A DNA stretch of 63,783 bases, filler included, from Neolecta irregularis DAH-3 (taxonomy: Eukaryota): NCBI GenBank assembly GCA_001929475.1. It is 28 parts of 28 records of this genome, joined end to end, with 100 filler letters (N's around TTAATTAATTAA, not from the genome) between each part and the next. Parts side by side here need not be neighbours in the genome. Positions count along the whole stretch, not along the records: positions 1 to 9,459 come from LXFE01001786.1; positions 9,560 to 10,901 come from LXFE01001787.1; positions 11,002 to 15,619 come from LXFE01001788.1; 25 more parts are not named here. One strand, written 5' to 3'. Numbering within the stretch: the first letter of the stretch is position 1; every line of letters starts with the position of its first letter. The notes beneath the pieces were generated by a model that had not been told where the DNA came from, did no database searches, and saw nothing but the letters and a program-made list of their open reading frames with translations. Made by a program: the position numbers and the translations under genes. Positions 1-12,225 of the stretch are shown here, piece after piece.

Positions 1-401
1 TAGTGATCGCCGACGGGTTGGTGGTGACTGTGGCGACCCGGGGATTCGCGATCGTATGGGGACGTTTGAAGTCCCCACACAAGTCCGCAAAACTTCTTCC
101 AAGATCGCTTAGACCATATCGTATTGGAAGGGGTCTCCAAGGATGGTCCCCCCATTAGAAGCAGCGGATTGGCGCTGAAGTAAAACAGGGGGAAGTAAGA
201 ATATACCCAACCGGTATACCTTAACAATACAGTAACCAGAGGATAATATTACGGCGATTAAGGGCCAGGATAAGAAGCGGAGTTATAGTTACCTTGCCTG
301 AGTTACAACACTTAGGCTAGGCACGTCTCTGTATGGAGTTACAACGCTTAGACTAGAAATAATACCTGGTCTTATTTGTAACTTCTGGCGTTAAGCTTAC
401 A
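1..401. mobile_element. LTR-like remnant ending ...CTTACA
   Basis: Terminus CTTACA at 396-401. Internal direct repeat GAGTTACAAC(A/G)CTTAG(G/A)CTAG at 300-320 and 337-357. ATAATATTACGGCGATTAA resembles the motif in LTR-like pieces at 9356 and 35477. Confidence 0.4.
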
Positions 402-441
402 GCTACTCTATTGCATTTATGCATGTCTATACACCTTTCTT

Positions 442-2138
442 CTAATTCCAGCAATATTCCTTCCAACATTCTTCACATCCTTCAAGAGTTTTACCTTCCC
501 TTTCGGCTGTTCGCTTACTTATAGCACATGCCAAACATTTAGCCCAAACTTCATCGTCATCTTTAGTCATAACTTTTCGGCCATTCTCGATCATCGCATC
601 TCGGTCATTATCTGAAAATGCCAACTTGGCACTTGTTACTGCAGAATCGAATGAATACGGCATGTTTGCGATATATACGATTAGTGGGCCCTCTTGACTA
701 TGACATCCAAATAGCGTCGGTCGGCTCGTGAGATTTTGCGACAAAAAGGTATCAGTATCCGGTATCACTGGAAACGGAAGACCGACGGATGACGCATAAC
801 GAGCAGTAAATCCAAGAGAAGTTCCGTTTGGTAGATCATTTTTATCATCAGCCTGGCTAGTGAGCAAAGCTCCATCCAGTTTGAAGTTACAGAATCAACA
901 GCAATGATCACATCGACCTTCCTCTGCGGCCTAAGCAAAGGACCCAAAGGAATACCCTGTCCGTCCAGTGCTCCATCAACTAGTGGGATCACACTCTCCT
1001 GACAAAATGGGTTTCCTTTGATTCCTGCGAATGGATTTGGTATCTTGAAATATCAATTGAATGTCTTCCAGTTGCAGACGAACTTGCGCTACTAAATAGT
1101 CCCTTCCGGCTTCTTCCAAAAGCTTGCCAAAGAGATCGTCATTTAGGCCTAGAAATTCGATTGCTTTAACCAAGACATAATGAAAGACACTGCTCGACAC
1201 TCCAACGATGAATCTGTCAAATGAATATGAATGAGGCTTCCAGGATTGGTACCCAGCGTCGTCAAAGTCTTCGACACATTTGTTCGCGGTCGAACCGAGA
1301 TACTTGGTTTGTGCCAGTGAATTCAACTGCCAACTCCCTATTTCAGAAGGAGAAATATCAAACTGTGATCAGTGAAGCTTCCAGCACGTGAATATACATG
1401 AGTAGCATTTGCTTGTTCTGGCCTCGCCCTAATATCACCAGGTCTGTTATAGGTAACAATAATTGGAAATGGGCCAGTTGCATTTGTCCGACTCCAAAGA
1501 TCGCCTTCAATCTTCAACTGCTTTGACAAAGCCAAACCCCAATAGTCTGTCAAACTTACGTGGAAGCCCAAGTCTCTCTTCAATTTGATTTGGTGAAAAA
1601 TGTCTCTCCAAAAGTGAATGTTTTTAACGGTAGAATGTCCAAAGGGCAGAAATACGCTGCTGCTCAGATTCCATAGACTCCCTTCGATCTTTGGATATCC
1701 AAGAGTCGCGAGTGAAGCTCCGGCAAACGCTCCTCCGCTCAAAGAAGTTATATACCGTGAAGTTCGTAAAAGACCTGCAAAGCCAGGTGTCTCATCAAGG
1801 GCTTGAAGAACGCCCAGAGAGGTCAACATAGATCGATACCCGCCTCCAGAAAGTGCAATTCCAATATTTGGTACCGAAGAAATGTTGATATCGGGATAAG
1901 ACGAGAGGTATGATCGGAAAGATGCCTCGTTGATGGAGGACATCTTCGATAACCAGTCAACTTCCTCAGGATTCAGTGTCTGGCATTAGCGGTCACTCTC
2001 GAGGCTTTCAAAAAGTACTTGTGCATTTACGATGTATGAAGATGGACATTTTCCTTCAACTGGAACGAATGGGACATGGATCCGAACGGCAATGACAAGC
2101 GGAGCCCAAAGAAAGGCAAATAGTGCCAGATCTCTCAT
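442..2138 (-). CDS. Secreted lysophospholipase / phospholipase B (PLA2c domain), multi-exon, copy 1
   Basis: Signal peptide MRDLALFAFLWAPLVIA. Motifs SGGGYRSML, SLSGG, SLTDYWGLALS, LVDGALDGQGIPLGPLL, RPTLFGC and C-terminal CLACAI...CWKEYCWN, spread over exon ORFs. Confidence 0.93.
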
Positions 2139-2768
2139 GATGCTCGACGTCAAGCATCTTGCACAGGTCGAGACCACTTTATATGATCGAGGACCCAATT
2201 TTGATCATCACGGAGGGGAAGCAAGTGTCTCCCTCGGAAGTTACCTTGTGATTAAAAATTATAGTAAAGTTTCTTATGCCCCCAACCCTAGAGATTGTCA
2301 GTAGTGACTTTCCAAGTGGCAGCAAAACATCAACGAGGTTAATGAATGCAAGAAGAATGGAATGCAGTGTTGTGGCCTACATCTCCTGCTCGCCTGTCTC
2401 TCCCACCTCGCACTCCAATCCCGCCCGTCTTTCCCGCCTGGCGCACCCATCTTGCCCACCTGTCTAGCCCGTTTGCCCGTCTGTTTGGCCTGTTTGGATT
2501 TAAAATTCAGTAGTTGCTGAAAGATATTCTCCTGTTGACAATAATCTATAGCTCCCAGAAATCAAAAATCTGGTCTACCATATCAATTCCCTTAACTGCG
2601 ATCGACGGGGTTTACCCTGCAGAGAATTGAGGAAAGGGAGGGGCGTGATTGTAATTTCAAGGTTAAGCGAAAACGCAAAACCTTAATTTTGAAATAAAAG
2701 ATACTCTGTCTATATGGATGTCTATTGTAGTGGGCTAATTGAGTGGATCAAGCAATACTTGGAACAAA

Positions 2769-4461
2769 TCACGACCAGCAATATGTTTCGAAGCAAGAAT
2801 CACACTGGGACAAATCTGCTCCGTTTCGTTCCATGGCCCGCTTACTCAGGGCACAGGCCATACACTTGTCCCAATCTTCATTTCCACCATGAGTGACTGT
2901 AACAGCACCGTTTCGAATCATACCGTCCCGTTCCGCATTACTGTAGGTGAACTTGGTCGTGGATTGACCAGACATGAAATTATATTCCGCATTTGGGATA
3001 TAGATGATGATTGGCCCTGATTCAGCCGATGATGCATAGCAACCAAAGATGACTGGGCGTTTGTTGAGCCCTTGTTCTATAAATAGGTCTGTCGATCCCG
3101 GGACGTCGGCGAACTTGAGATTGTGTGTGGCCGCGAAGAGAGCTGTTTTGGTTACAGAAGCGCCATTTGGATACCCATTGATGTCATTGCTCTGTATATA
3201 AGATTGCTGTATTTAGGAATATTCACCGAATCAATAGCAATGATTGCATCCAAGTTTCTACTCTCTTGAAGAAGAGGAACGAGGGGAATGTTTTGTCCAT
3301 CCTCGCCTCCATCGACGAGATCCAGTTCATCTTCTTTGGCAAGAGCAGAGTTCCCAAAGTTCCTAAAAGAGTTTGGGTACTGTTGATGTAAGAGAAATAA
3401 AAGCAATAGATTCACATTTGCGACATCGAAATCATTTCGGGACCCAAGAACCAATTTTGTGATGAATGAATTTGTGATTCCCATCTTCTTGAACAGATCG
3501 AACATGATAAAGTTGAAAATATTACTGGATGTGCCGATAACAAATCTTTGATCAACTTGTGTTTGGGGGTAAATCTTGCATACCCGGTATTATCATATCC
3601 CGATACGCATTTATCGAACACGGAACCCAAATATTTGGTTTCGACAAAGACGTTATGCTCCGAGGATCCCACTTCGACCGGTGAGAATTCAAACTAACGT
3701 TAGGACAAAAATCACAACGACATGCCACTGTGCCGTTCTCTGGAATAACCACGGTACCACGTTTACGACCGACTGCGACTGCTATAGGAAAGGGACCATG
3801 AGGCTCGATGTCGCTCCATTTCATCCCAAATAAGTTGAATTGTTTCGAAAGGGCCAAGCCCCAGTAGTCAGTCATACTGACTTGATTCCCAGAAGTGAAT
3901 TTATTGTAGACTTTCTGCTGGATAGCAGCCCAAAACTTCCAATTTTTCCAAAAAGCGTTTCCAAAGGGACTAAGCATGCCATATCGAAGATCCCATAGGT
4001 CGCCGGTAATTTGAGGGAACTTTCTAGTGGCAAGAGTACCTACTAGCCAGGATCCTCCACTGAGACCAGCGAGATGTGTAGCTCCGCGAAGAATACCAGA
4101 CATTCGACCTTCATCGAGGCCTTTTAATGCGCCGGCACCGTTGAGCATTGCTCGATATCCACCTCCGGAAGCCGCGATACCGTATGGCGGTACGCTGGCC
4201 AACTTTATATGGTTGTGATTTTGAATATATCGAGACCATTCAGACTTTCGCTGATCTTTCATTTTCTGAATCCATTCGATTTCTCCTGGGTGAAGCCCAG
4301 CCTAGGGTTGATTAGCAGGAACGATGAAAAGTGATTACAGCACTGCCTCGGATGTATTTCGCTGGACAAGGAACTTGTTGAGGAGCATACTGGTACTTTT
4401 CTGACACGACTAGACCTGCCAAAGAGGCAGCGAGCACAAACAATCTTGCAAGGAATTTCAT
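2769..4461 (-). CDS. Secreted lysophospholipase / phospholipase B, multi-exon, copy 2
   Basis: Signal peptide MKFLARLFVLAASLAG. Motifs SGGGYRAML, GLSGGSW, LVDGGEDGQNIPLVPLL, CMACAL...CFETYCWS. GC-AG intron 3694-3725 restores NGTV|FEFSP. Confidence 0.95.
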
Positions 4462-4965
4462 AGTGAGGACGAGAAGTGAGAAAGGGAGATGGATGTAGAG
4501 GATAGTTAAATGCAAAGATTGGCATGAAGAACGTTGAGGAATTGATGTGATTGACATCACTACTGAGACTCGAAAATTTGGTCGAGTGCAAGATGAGGAC
4601 AGTTGTGGTTATGGTGCTAGAAGTGCACTGGATTTATATAATCCCTGTCAGAAGGTTCTTGGATCTGATAATGATTTTCAGAGCAACGGTTAGAGCAAAG
4701 GATGTAGCATTGGATGAAATCCTCGGGATATTTACATTCCAATCAAAGAATGGGCGATGCATGAAGGAAGGTGCGGGCATGGAGCATTAATCACGTGTCG
4801 GGATGTTTAAATGTAAAGTCACGAGTACATGAATTCATTACAAGAATTTAGAAACGCGTTCTCTAAGATTGACTAGTTTGAAATTCCACAGCTGCAAAGA
4901 GTATGAGAAAGAGGAAAGTACATCTGATAACCCACATATCAAAATCAACGCCCAAAAAACATCAG

Positions 4966-6039
4966 CTAGACGTCTATATAGTTGGCCGCTGATTGCCCAT
5001 TCGAATATGCTCCTTCCTGAGGTGCGGTAGTGGTATTGATTCTGGGTCCTTTAAGACGGGGTGGTTCAGCATGCCTTGGTGGAATTGGGGCGTAATGAGG
5101 GGAGGAACTGGGGTTGGGGTAGTTCCGGTCATTTGAACGTAACTTGTGTGGATCGTATGAATTTTGCGTGGAATATTGAGGGCCGTATCTGGCGCTGGAG
5201 GGTTGGCCTGGTGGATACTCGCCGCTGCGCGCTTGACTGTATGCGGTTGCATTTTTGTGACTACTGAACCTTGTCGGGGTGGAGTAATTGGTAGCCGAGG
5301 TATATGCAGCCGGGTAAGAGTCGTAGGGGGGTGCTGGCTGGTATTTCGCGGTGCTGTTGTAAGAACTCGGGGAAGCATATCCCGCATGGCTGTATGCAGA
5401 TTCTCCATAATCCTGGTACTCTGCCAAGGCTGACGCCGAAGCGTGAGGCGGACCTGGTTTGGGACTTTTCCTCTGTTCTTGCAAAGCTCTTGCTGCGGTA
5501 TATGCTTGGCCGAAATGAACATTCTCCGCGGGGGATTGACTGCTCTGGTGATGTGCATTCTCAGGCTTCTCCACCTCTACCGGGAACTCTGCGTACTTGG
5601 GCACGGGTTTCGGTTTGTCGTCCCAGCTTGGCATGGGCGGCAGCTGGCCGGGTTGGGCCATCATGGCAGCCGGAGCATATGGCGTCTGGTAGATGGGCGG
5701 ATGGACGTGCGAGTATCGTTTGCGGCGCTTTGGGCAGCAGCAGCAGACGATGGAGTAGCATGTCTGGGTGCATTTGACGAAACAGCACACGCAGCACATG
5801 ACTATGGCGGTGAGCGGCTACTTGGATGTCTGGGTACGCAGGAGGGCGGCCGCGAGAATGGCGATGCCTGCGGGGAGGCGGCAGTAGTTGGACTGTATGC
5901 AGTGGGCGGGGCTGCTGTAGGCGACGCGGATCTGCTGGGCGGCGGACTGCGCCTGCGCGGCCGTGGCTGCGACGGTTGCGGCATCGGTCTGGGCGGCGTT
6001 GTATGCGCCTGTGGCCTGCGAGACGTCGAGCGGCAGCAT
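4966..6039 (-). CDS. Pin2-like single-pass membrane protein with Cys-rich juxtamembrane region and low-complexity tail
   Basis: MLPLDV...YSSPAHCIQSNYCRLP + hydrophobic segment, intron ~5802-5837, then MCCVCC...CCCCPKRRKR and a Pro/Tyr/Ser/Gln-rich tail. Resembles the fungal Pin2 'SWDxCM..xxCK' architecture. Confidence 0.6.
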
Positions 6040-6203
6040 TGCAGGCGGGGAGGGCGGGCGAGGCGGCAGCAAGGGCCGCCAGCACCGCCACGCACGGCCT
6101 CCCGCACCGCCACCCGCCACCGCCGCCACCGCCGCCACCGGCTCTCCACCACGCACAGGCCCCGCCAGTTCTGCACAGAAGCCTCCATGCACCTCCGCCA
6201 GCG

Positions 6204-8882
6204 ATGAGCCCCCGCGCCCCCTCGCCGCCGCCGCCGCTGCCCGCATACACGGCGTCCAGCATCCCGCTGGCCGCGATCGTCGACCGCCTGGCCAAGTATG
6301 CGTTCCGCGAGCTCGAGGCGCTGGGCGAGCGGTAAGGCTGCGGGACGGCGCCGTGCTGATCCAGGTTCCCCGCCGAGAGCGAGGCGCCCAAGAAGGCCGC
6401 GATGCTCAACTACCTGATTGCGGTGCGGCGGCAGTTTGTCAAGCTGCTGGTGCTCGCCAAGTGGGCCGCTGTTGCGCGGGACGTGCAAAAGTGTGTGGTG
6501 CGGCGCCGCCCGCCGCGAGTGCTGAGCGCAGGACATTGTCGCGTATCTGCAGCGCCAGCGCCGCTGCTTCGACAGCGCCGTCGCTGCGCTCGTCGCCCTG
6601 CGCCGGCTGCTCGCCCGGGCGCGGTAAGCTGCCGCGCGGCGCGCACTGGTGACCGCAAAGGACGCGCAATGCCGACATCCCCGCCGCCCTCGCCGTCCTC
6701 GCGACCGGCGCCCTGCCGCCCGCCGGCCTCACGCACTACGCGCCGCGGCACCCCGTCGCCGATCCGCACGTCCTCGCCGTCCTGCGCACGCTGTCCGCCC
6801 AGCTCGCGCTGCGCCTCACGCACACGCCGCTGCCGTATCCGCTGCGCCGCTACACCATCGCCTCGGGCCGCATCACCTTCCGCGCGGAGCACGAGTTCTG
6901 GGTCGCCGTCTCCGGCGTGCGCGATGAGTGGTTCGCCGTCGACTTTGGCTTCGCCGACGGCGCCCCGCTCTCGGAAGACACCAAGGACGACGTCTGCCGC
7001 CGCGCAGACGCGGCGCTCGAGCGCGGCGGCCTGGCTGCGCTCTATGCGCTGCTGCGTATCCAGCTCGAAGCCCTGCGACTGACGCTAGACCGCTTTACCA
7101 TGGCGTGGAAGCTGCACAACCTCCGGCAGCAGGCTCTGGCCGCAAGATCGACACTCGCACTGACAATCGGCGCTGACAGCAGCACTCTCGCGCTGCACTA
7201 CTGGCCGTATGTGTCCCCTGCATCCGCTCTGACCCAGAGCCAAACATGTGACAAAGGCCGCCCCAATGCCATCGAGATCTTTATTTCACAGACACCGGAA
7301 CCAAACCCGATCCACGATCTCCTGGCTCAGGACCACAATCTGCTGATGGAATACGACCGCTCGATCTTGGACATCCGGTGGACCCGCTGCGGCGAGATCC
7401 AGCCCCTCGATGTCGATCCTTCCACAACCTCTGTCCCAGCCCTCGTCCAACACATCACCACGCTTCATTCGCAATACATGTTGGCTGAAATCGCATCCTC
7501 CCTGTCAGATTCGTCTCTCGTTATCACCAGACATCCTCAGTGTTTGAATATCCAGCTGACTTTGGCTACGTCGCTAGATATTTGCATCTCGCCCTTGCGT
7601 GGAAATGTCACGCTGCGAGGCAACCATCCGTCTCTTCACGGCGCCCAGCAGTCGCTCAATGCGCAACAAATGTCGACAAGGGAAATTGTCCTCCGTCTAC
7701 GATCACTGGTCCAAGCAGAAGAACACAACTCTCGTCTCGCGATCTACGGTCTTGATCCATTTCGCTTGCTTAAACACAGTTTGCTCGGAGAATTTGCCAT
7801 CTATGTCCCGCTTGCGCCGGACTGGTACCTTGTTTGCTTGGCGTCGGAGAGATTCATGTTGATTGAAATGAAACCTTGCGAAGCGGAGAATGTCTTTTAT
7901 GAACTAGTCTCCCAAGAACTGGTCCCTGAATCGTTCTCAATGGCTGACTACCCGGACATTGACAAATTGGTTCGCTTTGCAAAGGCTAGAACAAGTTGGA
8001 TCCTCCTCACTCGTCAACTCTCAGACAGAGCAATCTCGTTCACCAGCGTTGGGCATCTTTTTGGCTTGGCAAATATTCCTCCTCTCATCATTCCTGCATC
8101 CGAACTATTGCTCGGTCAATGGTCAATGCCAAACATCTTTGTTCGAGTCGTCCTTCATACCGCCGAAATCATCTGGGACCTGAAAATTGTCCAGGGGAAT
8201 CTGGATACTTGCAAGATGCTACCCAACTCGGACTCTGCAGACGTCAAGTTCAACCCCAAAACAGGTCAGATTTGTATCCTTTCAAATGCCATCGATCCCT
8301 TCTTGTCGAAAATCCGCCGAATAGATGAAATTATCACCCAAGTTCAATCTGTCCCGCAAGGGCTCGAATTACTCGGATTCAGTCTCGAAGGGGTCAGGTG
8401 GGGCTATGGAAAATATTGGGTAGACGTCCACCACACCCTTGTCTTTGGCAACGAGGGAAACCCACACTGGCGCATAAAAGGGTTTCTAGAGGGCAGAGGA
8501 ATGTCGTATCTCGCCAAGGTATGTCGTTTTGCTTCTGTACTGAGTCGAGATATTAAAAGCCACCCTTGGTTTACTTGCCGTATTTGACCAAATTGAAAAG
8601 GAATCCCCAATCGAAACATTTATTCTCGTTCGATCCGCAGAAGAATATCGTCTAGTCTACCCTACAAAACAAATCTCTCTTCTTATCCAATATAAAATTA
8701 AAGATCGCCAAGGTTGGTGGTATATCTCCCAAGACTCAGGCATCCACGAGGACCTATCACGTATATGGAATCGCAAAGTCGTGATATCCCCTGGCTGTAT
8801 CGTTGGAAAGGGAGTTGCATGTCGAGTTGATGACGTCCAAGTTACACTACAAACACTGCGCAGAACGATCGAAGAAAGTTGA
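6204..8882 (+). CDS. MED14: Mediator complex subunit 14 (Rgr1), multi-exon; 3' end uncertain (8830 or 8882)
   Basis: N-terminal Med14 motifs KKAAMLNYLIAVRRQFVKLLVLAKWA and RNADIPAALAVLATG after splicing, followed by the long ORF 6917-8587. Confidence 0.85.
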
Positions 8883-9355
8883 GCATACCATGGCATGTAT
8901 TTTAGCATAGGAGCTGCTGTTGGAACCAGTGCTTTCGTTGTATATATAGATTGGAGTTAATGATCTAATGCATTGCAAACACGGTTTACGTCCTTTGCCG
9001 TTCTTGGTGAAAGCATTTTCGAGGGATGGCGGCCGATCTTATTTGTACGCTTCACGACTTGCAATTCATTTGTTAGATTCCTTGCTGGAGAGCATTATTC
9101 GCCTACAAACAAATAGTCGTCGGTTTCAAACCTAGTCACCAACAAAAGAAAATGGAACCCCTTTAAATATCATCCAAAAAATTACCATCATTTTCTTACA
9201 AATAAGAATTCATCCGGATCAGTGCTGAACTCGAATAAAGGCAGTTTCATTTTACAGGTTTCTTTCATCAGTTCGTTCGGATACCATGTTCCCCGTCCAC
9301 CCTGTCAGGATTCAATCAATTCTGTAGAGACGATCAAGTGTAAGATTAATCTTAC

Positions 9356-9459
9356 TGTAAGCATATACCCTCGGGTAGAGCTTACCATTACGTAAGGAAG
9401 GCTTGCAATAATATTGCGGCAATTTAATTTGTATTATATAAAGTAGATAGGCGTTCATT
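9356..9459. mobile_element. LTR-like fragment (TGTAAG terminus) running into a gap
   Basis: TGTAAG start. AATAATATTGCGGCAATT motif shared with 35477-35545. Confidence 0.35.
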
Positions 9460-9559
9460 NNNNNNNNNNNNNNNNNNNNNNNNNNNNNNNNNNNNNNNNN
9501 NNNTTAATTAATTAANNNNNNNNNNNNNNNNNNNNNNNNNNNNNNNNNNNNNNNNNNNN

Positions 9560-10901
9560 CCGATTAAAATCATCTTCCATTGATGGTGGAAATGTTGCAG
9601 ATAGAAATAGGAATTGGCATTTCAGCATCCGTAGCTCCTTTAAAAGCCGTATACTTGGTCTGTAATCACTTGCAGTGAAGATTAAATGGCATTCATCCAT
9701 AACGATCCTGTCCAGTTGATTTTGACTGCTGAGCTTTAATAAATATGATTTGAAAGAATCTGTTGAGGCTTGTTCAATAGTTACGATAATAAGCGATGAA
9801 GTTTGTTGCTGCTCATGTGACCATAATGCATAGGGAATTCCGAGTTCTTTCAATCGTCTTTCCATATCCTGGCGAAGTGCAACCAGAGGTAATATAAGAA
9901 TTGTAGTTCCAGAACCGTGCAAAACTGATGGAAGTATAAATAATAAGCTTTTTCCACCAGCAGTAGGAAGGATCACGATAATCTGGCTTGTCCCAGATAC
10001 AATTTCCATTAATGCTTGCTTCTGTCCATGTGACTTGAAGTTGGCATCATTTCCGTACAGCTTACACAGCCCGATATCAACTTCCTCAGCCGACCAAATC
10101 GTTTTATGATTTAGTCTTTGATGAGTGACCCCCTGAGGTTCCAATAAAACTCTCTTTGATGGTGGATTCTCTGCATCTGCTAAAAGGTCTGGTTTCCGTT
10201 TGTTTGAGCTTGTTATGATATAAGTTCCAAACTGCAGAAACTTATGCCATGCTTTACTAACTTTTCGATATTCGAGAAGTACACCAGCTGTTAATTGGCC
10301 GTCAAATTCTAGTGTATTTGAATAGTGCATATTACTAGTCCAGGCGGTATGTGAAGCTTGAAGAAAGGCAAACGAACTTATATCTTGATCAAGATTATCG
10401 ACATTGTCCTTCTCATAGTCCAATCGGAGGTTTATCCCGTTAAATTTTTCTTTCAAAATTCCAGAGGCAATATGACGCCAACTTGAAACCTTTAAAGATT
10501 GAAGTTGGGAAGCTTCTGTCTGTTTCTTTAATACAGTCGTCATATAGCGTGTTTCCCAAACACCGGATTGGGTAGTCCAAATGAATGCAGACGAACTATC
10601 TTGCTGTGTTATTTCATTGTGCAAATAATTTCGAAAAGGTAGGATCAAACTTAGATATGCAACGAGCAATGTACCAACCTCCTCAGGTAGAAACCGGCAA
10701 ACAAATCTATAATCATATTAGTTTAAATTTATCATATAATATCAGCTTAACCTACCTTGACATATCTGATACTGCTTGAGCTTTGTGATACGGCATCGCG
10801 AACATCACCAAGCCATCATGAATGAACATATTTCTTCTTTCATGTGTGTTGCAATATTTAGTCCCAAGGATCTCTGTACCTCTACCTGGTTGACCAGATC
10901 C
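9560..10901 (-). CDS. Telomere-linked-helicase (TLH/RecQ-like) gene fragment; both ends in gaps
   Basis: Helicase motifs LPTAGGKSL (I), PLVALRQD (Ia), DECH (II), SAT (III). Upstream GQPGRGTE...YHK...(intron ~10707-10755)...CRFLP...WRHI...QASH...HYS region is typical of fungal TLH proteins. Confidence 0.85.
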
Positions 10902-11291
10902 NNNNNNNNNNNNNNNNNNNNNNNNNNNNNNNNNNNNNNNNNNNNTTAATTAATTAANNNNNNNNNNNNNNNNNNNNNNNNNNNNNNNNNNNNNNNNNNN
11001 NATATGAATTTTGGAGCCTATGGATGGAATCACCCTTGGATTCATGATCCCTGGTTGGATAGATCACTCACAGTCGGATAATAGACGCCTTGAAAGCTAC
11101 ACCAACGTTTTTCTGATTTGGAAAGACATTAGTAGTTTTTCTCATATCTATAAATAATCAATCCCTGAAGCAGCTGTTTTCCCGAATATTTGTATACATA
11201 GATAAGTAGATATTTTTCCCCGTAAGGATCCTTTTCGAAAGATTTGGTGGTGGCTAAGCTTACCGAACCTCCTCGACATCACAAACGTCAA

Positions 11292-12050
11292 ATGAGTGTA
11301 TTCCAGCAATCATCGTATTATGCATACTATTTCGCCGGAGCACTTGCGTTATGTATGTCCAGTGGAAGTTTATTTCTCAAGTTAACAGATTTTTTATTCA
11401 CTAGAGTCGGACAGCTTCCTACACCTGGTATGCACTCCGTATGACAAACCAAGCCAACTCCAGGACGTTTTCTCCAAGAAACCAGTCCCTATACATGGGG
11501 CATCATTGGAATTTCACTTTGTATTGGTTTGAGCGTCGTCGGAGCTGCATGGTATGCCTAGAAGGTGACAGAGGAATAAGAGCTTAGGGGAATCTTCGTT
11601 ACTGGAACATCAATTTTAGGAGGAGGAGTAAGGGCGCCGCGAATTAGAACCAAAAATTTAATCAGGTATTTTGGTTTGCGAAGACTCTCGTTGACCTGTT
11701 CAGCATCATATTTTGTGAAGTTGTTGCCATCTATGGAGTAATTATGTCAATCGTCTTCAGTGCCAAACTGGAAGCTGTATCTGTGGATGACGTATGGACA
11801 AAAGAAAGCTACTATACTGGTATGCTTTTATAGTTCTCCATCTACTTACTTTGTAGGGTTTTCGTTATTCTGGGGAGGTATCATTGTTGGGCTTTGCAAT
11901 CTCGTTTGTGGTTTGGCTGTGGGGATTACCGGTAGTACCGCTGCTATTGCAGACGCTCACGACCCCAATTTATTTGTCAAAATTCTGGTGATTGAGATAT
12001 TTGGGAGTGTCTTGGGACTGTTTGGATTGATTGTGGGTTTATTGTTATGA
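11292..12050 (+). CDS. VMA16: V-ATPase proteolipid subunit c'' (multi-exon)
   Basis: [79 protein letters not shown]. The last codons are uncertain. Confidence 0.92.
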
Positions 12051-12225
12051 GGTTCTTGGTTTAAAATAATATAATAGTGCATAGATAGATGAAATTTCAG
12101 TTGTTGCTATGTATGCATGAGGATTACAGAACAGAAACACAAAGACAAGGAATCCGAGAGAAAGCAAGATTGACAACGAATCCTCAGCAGCCCGATTCGC
12201 CCCCAAAAATAATACAAATAAGTTT

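Noticed and set aside
5443-7176. Many long overlapping Arg/Ala/Pro-rich ORFs
   Set aside because: Shadow ORFs caused by extreme GC over Pin2-like/MED14.
9460-9559. Recurring N44-TTAATTAATTAA-N44 motif (about 27 times), which looks like a regularly spaced repeat
   Set aside because: Artificial scaffolding linker with stops in all six frames. Contig adjacency across it is not guaranteed.
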